A stretch of 64,000 nucleotides of DNA from Pecten maximus (Eukaryota). Under the pieces are notes generated by a model. It had not been told where the DNA came from. It did not search any database and worked only from the letters and a program-made list of their open reading frames with translations. The translations under genes and the position numbers were made by a program. The DNA lies in NCBI RefSeq assembly GCF_902652985.1, contig NC_047020.1, positions 37,696,001-37,760,000 of the forward strand, given 5' to 3'. Below are positions 44,730 through 56,500 of this stretch, one piece after another (position 1 is the stretch's first letter; the number at the start of each line of letters is the position of its first letter).

Positions 44730-45465
44730 AGGAGACCAACAGGTCTCCACATGACGTCATAATCATGTGATCAACAGCAACATTTAAGGTCAAGGACGCT
44801 TTCTTAGAACCGCCGATGTCATACAGATGGATGTCTTTGCTACCCCAACCACAGCAAATCCAGGCTTCTGTTGCAGAGATTGGCAATAGCGCGTGGATAT
44901 TTGGAGATGGCTCTTCGCAGGTGAAGTTGGCCAATCGTTTAATTGAAAATTTTGGAGACTGAATCGGCGGCTGTGACTCTGTGGTAAAGGAGGACGGTAA
45001 AGATATATGAAAATAGTCTATCGACCCAAACATCGGGTTAAGGTCACATTTGGAAACACTTGCTGATTTGAAATTCAGACAAATCCGTTCGAGATCAGTC
45101 AGTTTCTGTACTGTCCTGAGTTCTTCATCCAACAGCTCCACCTCGTGGTCAAATATGTCAACATTGCCATGGAAAGATAACTCCCCACATTGTTTTTTCT
45201 TTGTCACCTTCCTAGCCGAAAGCTCCAACAGAACTTTGTGTATATGTTGCTCGTGATTAGCCAATCGATCTAACTCGGTGTTTTGTAAATCGAGAACACG
45301 TTTTGTAAAATCCTTTTCTATCTCGTCAATGACAGAATGGAGAAATCCGGTTCGTCTTTGAATGTCAGAAACACATTCATCGGTCACATCCTGCAGGTGC
45401 TCTCTCTGGCAAATGGACTCCGATAGCGAACGCTCCAGACTGGAAATGATATTTTCTATATACAT
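44728..45465 (-). CDS. TRIM-like protein, N-terminal part (coiled coil + first propeller blades), 245 aa
   Basis: Helical, heptad-rich first ~120 aa, an FGSI linker, then ISATEAWICCGWGSKDIHLYDIGG and TSCGDLLVS blades. It ends at TAG mid-blade and continues as SYNGTVITRV in the +1 frame (442 aa if joined). Confidence 0.85.
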   Translation of the reverse strand: MYIENIISSLERSLSESICQREHLQDVTDECVSDIQRRTGFLHSVIDEIEKDFTKRVLDLQNTELDRLANHEQHIHKVLLELSARKVTKKKQCGELSFHGNVDIFDHEVELLDEELRTVQKLTDLERICLNFKSASVSKCDLNPMFGSIDYFHISLPSSFTTESQPPIQSPKFSIKRLANFTCEEPSPNIHALLPISATEAWICCGWGSKDIHLYDIGGSKKASLTLNVAVDHMIMTSCGDLLVS

Positions 45466-48400
45466 CCTATAATATTCACTATTGTAGCCGTGTTTTTGCT
45501 TATATTGTCACATAGCTATAGATAATAAACACCATTCGTATCAATAAGTATCTAAAAACGTCACAACCAAACACTGTAAGGTCAACCTGAGGCTATTATT
45601 GTCAAACAGGCGCGTGCTGGACCATTTCACCGTGTGGTTGGTGGTCGTAGTTATAACTAGCGCCAGCGTCCTTCACTGCCTCTAATTCTCCACACAGCAC
45701 GGGCAAGGTCATACGTGTGTTGTAATCAAGAGAGAAAATGCTGTAGTGAATTATCTCGCCCTGTAATAGAAATTGTGGCAATTTGTTAGTATCAAACTTG
45801 ATCAATATCATCTGTAAGGCAATACAATCTATCTTGACGTACAAGATAAATGTCTTACAAATGTCTGTCCCTTATCAATAGCTGTACTCGCCGAGTTATC
45901 GACCCTGACGTATAGGAGAAGTGCCTAAGTAAGCACGGCGTCCAAAAATCCATAGAAATACCGTTCTAAAAATACGAAGATAGGTCATACGTTTATTTTG
46001 TAAGTCTTATAACCCTTGCAGAGAAATATAATTATATTGGTGTAATTTATTCAATAATGAAATTTATTATGGAATTATATTGCGCCTCATCAACAGTTCA
46101 ATATTTTATCAATATCTTATCGATAATCAATATCTTGATCCCAGAACAAGATCACCTATATATGTGAGAATCTGAAGTCGCTCATTTGAACTTCTTAAAA
46201 GCCCGTCGGCTGTGCAAGTTTATTGTGCTATTAGACTGAAACTATTTGAAGCAGCATCGGCTTTACAGCAATTTCAATCGATATTTGAATTTTAAAAGGA
46301 ATACTCTTCAGCTTTGCAGATGGATCACCGAAATTACACGTCTTTGGGGATTGTCATATTGGTCTACATGGGATATTGTACTGATTTTAATAATATCCAT
46401 AATTATGAATTATATTTTCTATTTAAATTTAGTAATGCTTCGACTTCATTAATTAAGATGTCTTTAGCAGAATGCTGAGATGAACCCACGTGCATTTAAA
46501 ACATCAAATTATGTGTTGATATAAACACCTCTGTTGTGTATTAAATGGTTATGGTATTATATGAAATTGTTAACTCAAAATGAAAACAAAAGTCTGGTTA
46601 GCATGTGCCTGTGTTGAATATGTGTTGAAATGACTAGTCTAACTACTCATGTATGCTGTCAACACAGATCTAAATCCCGTGCTATTTACAAATATGACCT
46701 TCTATATATATACACGTGTTTCTCTCTGCGCGTGTATACATGTTAAAACCATTGTTTACGGTTAGAGAAGGGTATGGCGACTTAACATATGATTTTAAGA
46801 CCAGTGTGAAGGTCGAGATATAATACCGTGATCCAGACCTCACAAACAATACCTGGCGGCTGAATTTTTAATAATGTACTCGAATTTGCTTTTGTTACCA
46901 GAGAAAGGCTTCACAGGTAATACACCCAATACACAATAACCGAGTTTATACATGTACACGTTACGTATACACATACTTTAGGACGTGGAAATTAACACCA
47001 GTCGACATCCAGGTGCAGTGATAATTATGTATTCAATAACATATATCCATTGTTTAGATTTCTGATATCAAAATAAGAATAAATGATTATTGTAATATAC
47101 CGGAAAATGAGAAAATTTCTTTCTAAGACAATATCTTAAGATATTATACCTATAATAAATAACTACAAAACGTGTTAAGTATATATCTTCCTTATTAGTC
47201 TTTATCTATATAAACAAGGAAGTAAGTTGTACCTGTCCCAGTAGACCTGTTTGTCACTCTCTAAACCTGTTCATTCTTTTCAAATCTCCCACACCCATCC
47301 CTCCTATATAGCTCCTCCCCACTTTTCTGAATCCACAACCTTTTAAAGCCCTCCCACATTATTCTTACTTTCTCTCACACCTACATACCCTGGACAACCA
47401 CCTCCCCTCACTATCCAAATCTGTTCCCTCTCTCCAAAACCCCTCCCACTCTCCAAATTAAATAGATATTTTACCTGTATATGCACCGTATATTTTCTCT
47501 CCTTGTCAGCTGAAAGGTCAAAGGGCATGAACTAGTTTAATAAATTAAAAAAAATAAGATTAGATAAATAAATAACTTCCTCTACATTTAATTCCCCTAG
47601 CCTCCCACTATTCTAGCACGTATATATACCAGTAATGTATTTTACGATGCCTGGGACGAACGCCAACGTGTGTAAGAGTTTGTCGTGACTGCAACACTTG
47701 TCCTTTTCATACCTGGTACATTACCTGTTGAGCGTATCCATTAGAATTAACACTATTACATATCATTGACGTGCCTGGTGGCGCCTGATGTCACTCATCT
47801 CTCACAGTGGTGCATATATAGCGCCACCAAGTGGGCGAGAGAACGCCCCAGTCGTTAACAATACACATGGAAGTCTACATTGTGTACATATGCACACTAA
47901 TGCATATACATATATGTGTGTACATGTATGTAGAATAACTCATTTCTTCCACCCTTGCACTTTCTTCTGTAATTGTACCCATTTGAAATCAACATTCAGA
48001 AAATTGACTTACCTTCTAACTTGTGTATATCGGTCTACAGGTACATGTAGTTCCAATATAAGGTAAACGTTTTTATATGAGTACATATGTGTATAGAAAA
48101 CCCTTCCATTCACAAGTATGAATATAGAGGGCGACTCGGACAAGGGTCAGTAAGCCAACAGGTCATAAGTTCATATATAAGAAATAAAAAGTATATATAC
48201 TTACATATAGAAATATCTTTAATGATAGCCATGGAAATCAAACGCGAGATACATCTTGAACATTGAGATCATGATACTACAAGTGGATATTTGATCAAGG
48301 ACTTAAATTCATTGTGTCGAGGACCCTGAGTAGCCGCGGGGTAGGGTGTGACCAAGCAAGGGCGTTGAGCGATCCTTGGGATGTAACTGTAGGCAAAGGG

Positions 48401-49285
48401 GCCTAGATTAATTTGAGACAGTTCCGAAAATGGAGATAGTCAGAAACGACAAAACATGGAATTATAATTTTATCGCGATGTGCATAATTTGTCAGTCTAA
48501 AGAAATACTGAAAAAAGAAAGAAAAAAAAAAAGAGAAAAAACTTAACTGCTTTGGGTCAACGTGCTGTACATATATTGGATACTTGATAACATGGTCTAC
48601 TATCATTAAGGAAATTGTCACGCCTACTTAGGATAACATATCGACTTAAAAAGCGTCAAGATTACGTAACCGATAACAATGTTCATACGTACCGCTGGCG
48701 CTGTTGTGTCGAAAAATGCATCACCGACATCGAGGTCATAATGCTGACCAGTTTGTCGGTACAAGTAGATAACAATCTTCACCGAGATACTTTTATCAGA
48801 TACACATGACCCGTGCCCTACAGGCAAAGACAATCATATATACATGCATGTAACATAGAAGTTAGGCCACAACCCACGCGTGTCCTTAAGACGGGCTTTG
48901 TCGGTATTCGTGCTAGAATTTTCTACAGCTCCAGGCGAAATGCACACTTTATAATTTAATTAATGGCACAATTTTCCATCTGTCGTACATATATAACATA
49001 CCTGCGGACAAACGCGTCAAGTCTGTGAGAAATTTGGCAATAAACATTATAACCCCTAGGTGGTGTGTCATCAAACACAGGCAAGATAGGTTAGTATTTG
49101 TTTGCTTTGTGTGTAAGTGAAAGCCGTGTCCACAAAGGCAGGGACCACTACATGATCATGTTCAAGTGGTCACTAAATTGACTTGAAGATATGTCTGATG
49201 GATAGTGGAATTGTTTGGTTAACATCGAATTATAAACCAATCGATTATGGTGACATTCCGTCCGGTCAGTGGTTTGACCAGTCGC

Positions 49286-49510
49286 TTTTGGTTTGGTTTA
49301 TTTTGTTTAACGTCCTATTAACACCAAGGGTCATTTAAGGACGTGTCAGGTTTTGGAGGTGGAGGAAAGCCGGAGAACCCGGAGAAAAACCACTGGCCTA
49401 CAGTCAGTACCTGGCAATTGCTCCATGTAGGTTTCGAACTCGCACCTCAGAGATAGAAGGGCTAGTGATAATGTGTCGGGACACCTTCACCACTCAGCCA
49501 CCGCGGTCCC
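49286..49510 (-). mobile_element. V-domain SINE family A, full length
   Basis: Colinear with 19492-19716; flanks TTTGACCAGTCGC / TTTGACTGTCCAGTCGC (TSD with a 4-bp indel). Confidence 0.9.
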
Positions 49511-49633
49511 TTTGACTGTCCAGTCGCGCTCCACTGCCGAAAAAGAAGTATTTAAGTAAGAATAGAAAAGATAGATGGCATTAAGTATTCCAAGGCACAC
49601 AACAGATCATTTTAATTTCTTTACAATTCGACA

Positions 49634-49870
49634 ACTGGGACGACTGGTTCGCTTTTGGTCAGTATAACGTAACCGAATGTGATGTCATGTTGAGTGTCCT
49701 CGGCAGTGAGGTAGCACTATAAAGTCGGCAACAGTTTCGCGCCATCACAAGGAGACAACATGAATATACCACATCCTTCCAAATCACAAACACATCCACC
49801 ACAAGCATGCATCTCGTGCTGTCCTTCAATGACGATAGCTGTTGACCACATCACGCAAAACCCAAACTGA
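49634..49870 (+). mobile_element. Meta-like SINE fragment
   Basis: GACTGGTT...GTCAGTATAACGTAAC...TGTCATGTTGAGTGTCCTCGGC...CAGTGAGGTAGCACTATAAAG resembles recalled bivalve MetaSINE bodies; its tail is shared with the other SINEs here. Confidence 0.6.
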
Positions 49871-50094
49871 CCGACATAAACTTTTGACATCCTCTTTAAC
49901 GGGTACGAAAGGACTATAATATCCCATCCATCTGAGTTTTATATGAACTTTGACATGATACTTCATCATATCTTCTTCTCCTTTTTTCGAAGAACTGTAT
50001 CAGGATGTTCGTGTTGCATTTTCAAACGGTCTAACGGTTACCTTTGTTTGCAGTGCTACGCTCCACTGATCAAACCATTCATGTGAAACATGTT

Positions 50095-50183
50095 TCACAC
50101 ATGCGTGTGGTAGATGTGTATTCGTGTTGTCTCCTTGTGATACCGCAAAATTGATTCTGACTATATAGTGCAACCTCACTTGG
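50095..50183 (-). mobile_element. second fragment of the same Meta-like SINE, inverted
   Basis: Reverse complement AGTGAGGTTGCACTATATAGTC...ATCACAAGGAGACAACACGAATA matches 49705-49766. Confidence 0.7.
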
Positions 50184-50439
50184 TTCAATGTTGCATTTTG
50201 CCGATTAGTTGATTATCTATAACTTGTGGAAGTTTGTAATCTTGTATATACTGTAATCACAGGTTGGGGAAGACCATGGGAAGGTTTTATTGTCGAATTC
50301 ATGATCACATTTTGAAATATCCTATTTCCTTGTACAATATAAATTCAGATGAATGCGGTGCTTGTTTAAACACTGATAGTGGTTCCGATGTCACAACCGT
50401 AGTTCTCATTTCGAGAATGTGACTTAACACGCACTTCAA

Positions 50440-50505
50440 CTAGATTTGTGGCAGGTGTCGTAGATGAAGCAGAAGACGTTTACTCTTCCGAAACATCTGG
50501 TTCTT
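50440..50505 (+). mobile_element. possible Penelope-like element terminal motif
   Basis: GGCAGGTGTCG...GCAGAAGACGTTTACTCTTCCGAAACATCTGG resembles a common bivalve Penelope-associated repeat (recall only). Confidence 0.3.
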
Positions 50506-53500
50506 TTTTGTACTTTTTCAAAGCTCTACATGCTGATCATATTCTGATCTCGTTTTATACATTTTGAGTTAGAATTGCGATTTTGTCATTATGTCAGTAT
50601 TCTCTGTTGTTCCCGTAGTCACAAGACATCTTGATACACATACCATTGTGCTATCATTATACTATCTATTTCCGATAGAAATATATTCGGTTTTCATGAT
50701 TTCATAAACAATACGGTAAAATAATAAGATTGATGTCGACCCTAAATTCTGTGACGTTGTATTTGTAATTTTTGACCTTGAAATTAATATCTGGAGTTTA
50801 TTAGTATTAAAGCAACCAAAAGCACATAATTTGTCTGCTTATTATTTCTTCATGGATATTGAAGTCACGATTCAAATCTCTACCGCATACCATCCCATTG
50901 CTCTCTAGGGGAACAAGAGACTTCTGACGTTAAATAACAAATGAACTTCTCGAGCATATAGATTTTAGCATCTTATGGCGCGTCCAAAATCTATCTTTTT
51001 ACTAATAGATTAAAACTAAAATTCTGTGTTCCTTGGTGCAAATACCAGCATAGAGACGAGTCATTGTGTGTTGAACAGTTATACGAGTCCTTTCAATAAG
51101 AGGTGCACACATACGGATTTTAAATGAAACGTACATAGTGTTCATAGTACATAGTGTTCGGAGAACGTCCAGGAAACGTCATATTCAGGTCACAATGTCC
51201 GGGACTTCCCTACAACGTTGTGAGAACGTTTTATGTCAAATGTCTGTGCAACGTCAACTTTTGACGCTGCAACAATGTTGTATTAAGTTTTATTCCTTGT
51301 GTATTAGTTGTTATTCTTTCACGGATTGCAAGTGTTCACAAATCCCAAAGACGCACCGTGAGAAAACGTCTTATTGGACTCGAAATCATATATATCGATA
51401 ATGATTCTAGTTACGTTAGAATAAAAGCAACCTGCATCGCCCTATAATGTGCTTGAATGATATTACATGAATAGTTAATCATTTATATATATAAATATTA
51501 TATTTTCATTTCAGTGAACCGCTCAAGTACAGACTGATTATCTCTTTTGACTGTATTCATATCTTAGATACAGTCTTTGTAATACGAACGCATAAAATGC
51601 CTTTATGAGTTACGCTTCAATCAGGTTCCAATTGGTATGCATCAGAGCAGAACAGGCCGATTGACCGGTTGTTAATTAACAACCAAGACATGGTTTCATA
51701 TGGATGCATGAAGATCAGAGAAATTCACAAACGCTCTACACATACAATATCAATCTTCCCTAATGTATTTTTAACACTCACTCAGTGTTGATTAAGTATT
51801 AGCTTACGATTTTGTCACATTTTATCGCGATAATGCGATAAAAACGAAATAGATTAAACCACACATGTCATAATAACTATGCAAATCCTCGACCTCAGTC
51901 AGTATGACAGGACGAAAGGCGGGTTGACTATGTCTCAGACATATTTACCGTGACCCTGTGGCCCAGAGGAAATGTATGCAGACACTGACAACAACAACTA
52001 GAACTAAAATGCTAATCATTTCTATATACATTTTGAGACGTAATAATCCGACTTTATCTGTATCCTGAAGAAATATTTCTGGTTGAACTCGAACTTGATG
52101 TCTACTCCATTTGTGTTTTTTCCAAGATTTCTTCCCTTTCCCTTCTATTGTTGGTCAATATTAAGGCCATTTGAAACCGCATGCCGTCTTCCCTCACCGA
52201 TTGATTTCCTGAAATCGGGGTATTGATGGCAGTAGAATACGAACATCCTGTCAGAAATGATTAACGCATTTGCTTGCGTTGGACAGACAAGGGCTAAACT
52301 GTTTTTGGGTCACTGAAGATAAAACACCGTTTGCCAGTTTTCTAGCGCCATTATATGATTTGAGTTTACTTATATATTCATTGCTTGGTGTTGGTTTTTA
52401 TACCCATCTATAAACAATGATATCGAGGATAACCATACCAAATCTCACGTTCATGTTCAGTCAGGCGAACAAACACGAAAGATTGGAGAGAAAAATAGTT
52501 TGTCTACGCAAACACTTTGTACGATTGGGGTTGTTACTCATGCCATTTCGCATTGTAGGAGTTAAGACAAAAATATGTTTCATGTTTCAGTTTATGAATA
52601 AGGACAAAATTCAAATAAGTATCCGTATACTTCTTATTGGAAGTACATCTGATAATGTTATATTATGCAAAAAGGATTGAAATGAAAGGCATTTAGCATG
52701 ATACTGACATTCATATTCGTCTGCACTTGTAAATATTACCTGTGTCGGGGTTCGATGTCCCGCTACACACACTTCCTGTAAGACACAGTAGTTTACTAAA
52801 GTTCAATAAAATGTAAACCTTTTGATTAAATGGCAAAACCCCGTAGTATATGAAAAGGTCCTTACTCCTAAATTATACCTACCTGCATTACCATCATTTC
52901 AAATTGTTGAAATTGTTATTAGAAAATTCATTGGTCGAACCGTATATATCCAAAAGTATACAACGCATAGATAAAACATATTTTGTACTGATGTCCCGTT
53001 TGCAGAAATTAAGCGTGATATGTCAAAAATGAGGGTAATCAATCGCGATATCTTGGCCCTAAATGAACCCGGTATCAAAGCGACCAAATTTAATTTTACA
53101 AAATAGCTGCATGATTCGACCATGAGGATTTTTCATGAGAAAATGTGTAATTGCCCGATAATTCATTGGACGAAATGTGATCGTGGTCGACAGATGGGAC
53201 CACAGTGAATTTAACCAAATATCACGTAAATCTATGATCTTTGGCGAAGACAGTTTTTCTTGGAGTGTTTCCTTCACTGATTTCGTGCTGCCTTGGTGAA
53301 CTGCGATGCCTGTTCGTACATTTCAGAGATAGCAAACTTTTCTTGTCGTGCTTTTAGTTTTCATGATGTTACAAGCTCGTAATTACTATAGAAATCAATA
53401 CCGGTGAACAATAGTATACATGCCTTCCAAAACTACAGCTTAGATCGTACGCTGATGCCAAAATAGTCAATAAAACAGGATGCCTTCAGGCTGAAACAGT

Positions 53501-56500
53501 CTGAGCTAGATTACTGTTTCAATGACTAATTTTGTCTTGTTTTACCCATTTTACGTCTGGCAAACTGAATTGCGTTTCCTACATATTGATAAACTTCAGT
53601 ATCAATATCAAATGATGTCTGGTCTAGAAATATTCAAATTAATGATTTTTATCAACAGCCGGCTCTCCGAAATAAGAGCGATACGACGGCCTGCTGTGTA
53701 ACAGAAATTCCATAACACAGTTGATGTAATGAGTGCGAGGACACTGGTTCTTATAATAAGAACGTTACGTAATGCAATTTTGGAACTCTTCAAATAGTCT
53801 AATATTGCTTTTTCTACTAATTGTTCCATTGATTGGAAATATGTTTAACATATGAACCTTAATTTCTTGTTTGCTGGTGAATCCTTCTCCAGGGAAATCA
53901 GTGCCTTTGACCGACCCATGAGCTCCTCTGCGTTCACAACACATATTCTCTTCCTCCGTGCGATATTAAGCTAGATGTGTTCAATGCTTGTTGATAAACC
54001 TGATGGTTCCATCTGCATGTACATGTACATAGCCCCCAGTTCATTCAACGTTACTATACCTAAAAATATTTCTTTACTTAATTATCCATAGAGAAAACAG
54101 AATCTAAGGAAACTGATACCTGTGTTATTTTCCTTAAATCAAATAATGTTTCATGATGATTTGGGAACTTTGATGGAACAGCGAGGCCTGGTTCCCATGT
54201 TAAACATTGAATTGTATTGATTTTATCTAGATTTACATGGTGTGTGACGCTGTTAAAGCTGAAGATGCTTACCGCCCCGTAAAACATTCTCCGATTATTC
54301 TTGTATTTCAAGTTCCTCTCTGTAATTTTGCCTATATATTTTTCATACCCTGCACATTATTTATTTCATTCTATTTATATCGATTTGAAGTAGGATCTAC
54401 GGTTGTGTTTAACTGTTAGTGTTTCCTCGTCGTGTTGTCCATGTATTTGGGCTACAGTAGATAAGTATCGTAGTTTATTTAACTTCCTGAAAGATAAAAT
54501 CTTTTTAAGTGACAAACTCCAGTTAGGTGTTGCAAGATTCTACTTCAACGGAGTTACATTATAAAATGTTTTTCTCTCATATACCATCATAAAAGGACAT
54601 TGTAAGTCAATCTGAATCTCGGGGATGTTCAGAGTTGTTTAAACACGAAAATTGTATGCAATGGAAAATATACTTTATATTTGTCTTCCTTCTTTGGAAC
54701 ATTGATACCATTACCGAGTCCTTACTGAACGACCATGAAGTATAGTAAAATATTTACGTTTGTCTTTCTGGATCAAATTGCCATACTTTTAGATAGGCCA
54801 TCTTTGCTTACTGCGTATAGCTATAGATTTGTTTGCCATCGAAGTTTCACAGTACCAAGAATGGATGTTGTCAAGCTATTGAATTCAAAAGAAACTGAAC
54901 GGACCATGCTCAGAGAGAACTGGCTTTGGTAGCGATTATGTCCAATAACCCAAGAATCGGCATTATCCAGCTTTTGAATTGAAAAAAAGTTCTGTCCATT
55001 TATGCAATAGTTGAGGTCATCCAGCTTTTCGTACTAAACTAAAATCCTGGACCTGGCTCAGATAGCATTAATTTCGATGAAGACGTCATCATTGAAGGCG
55101 ATTGTTTATCTTGTATTGCAAGGTAATGTACTTCTCATTGAAGTACTTGGGATCTTTGCTGTCCTTTCTTCCCCAGTCCCGTTTCGACACCTATGAGTTT
55201 GACTTTTGCGAGAATGCAAGGCCGAATCAAACAAGTCTTAATGCATCATATTTTTCTCAATTGTTCCAAAAAAGAGATATTGATATCGCTTATCGAGTTC
55301 TTTTGCGAATACCGTAAAAGTCCGTTTCTCTACAAACATTAAAGTTAGTAATTAATCTATCACCTATATTTCATTTCCGTAACAGAGCCGTTTGGGGAGC
55401 TAACTGTTAAGTATTATCCGACGGCAAACCTAGACAAATTAAGCTATCGACCTACCACATACGTTTCTGCTATTATCATTTAATTGTCTAATACATTCCT
55501 ATATGCCTTGTCTGTTTTTTTTTTGTTTTTTTTTTTTTTTTTTTTTTTTACAACAATTGCGAAATAAGTTATATCACTTATATCAATCACTCTTGTTGCC
55601 TGGATGAGAAGATGGAAGATACGCCCATGAGAAGGGAAAGTACATTACCACTTTGTCAACAATATTGAGTTTTAAAGCAAACAAACTACAAAGAACATAT
55701 TAAACGTGGATGGCCGTATGCATATACATGTGTATGGTTTCGATTGCTGCCAATACGATATATACGGTAAACAAGAGTTGCAGTACAAATAACTTCCTCA
55801 TTTTGATATAGATATCTGTATTTTCGGCGCTCCTGTATGAAACCTACATGTACAAATACTTCCCCGTGTAAAATCTTACACAGACTATCCCGTATGAAAT
55901 CTACACTATCTGCTTTCTTATATGAATGAAATATTCACTTCTCAACTTTCATTTCTAAATTCCTCCAAACTGGCTGTTTTTCTTTGAAATCTAAACTATC
56001 TGTCTTTTCTGACTGAAATCTAAACTGTTTGACTCACCTTTGTTATACATTCACTGCTTCATTTCTCTGTATGATATTTTCCCTAGCTCTATTTTTCCTG
56101 TCTGAAATTTAAAAAAAAAAAAAAAAAAAAATACTAACTGTTTGACCCTTTGTGCTACATATACGGGTTGTTTGCTTTTCCTGTGTAAATTCTTCGATAT
56201 ACATGTATGTTAGACTTTGTTGTGTTAAATGAAACCTGTTTGGCCTCCCTCTATGATACATCATAAGGCTCTTTGACGATCACGTGCTGAATGTTCACTA
56301 TCGGCATAATTTTGTTGTGTGAAATGAAATCTAGAATGTCTTACCTTCCGCTGCGATATCTGTACTGACTTTCCAGTGTTGAATATGCTGAATCTTCACT
56401 ACGGTTTTTCCTGTGAAACAGAGTCGAGCTGTCACATTAGCATTTACCAAAATTTGCCTGGAAGCCATATTTTATCTTTTAGGGGTTTAATGCTTGATAA

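Noticed and set aside
44730-44750. Independent start (METCWSP, GTG) for the 204-aa NHL ORF
   Set aside because: Non-ATG start; the first 7 residues are off-frame sequence, and homology begins at SYNG as a continuation of the upstream ORF.
44286-45256. Plus-strand ORFs (88 and 68 aa) opposite the TRIM-like gene
   Set aside because: Antisense shadows of a real coding sequence.
45602-45844. 80-aa minus-strand ORF just upstream of the TRIM-like ORF as a B-box exon
   Set aside because: No Cys/His B-box pattern and no convincing splice donor.
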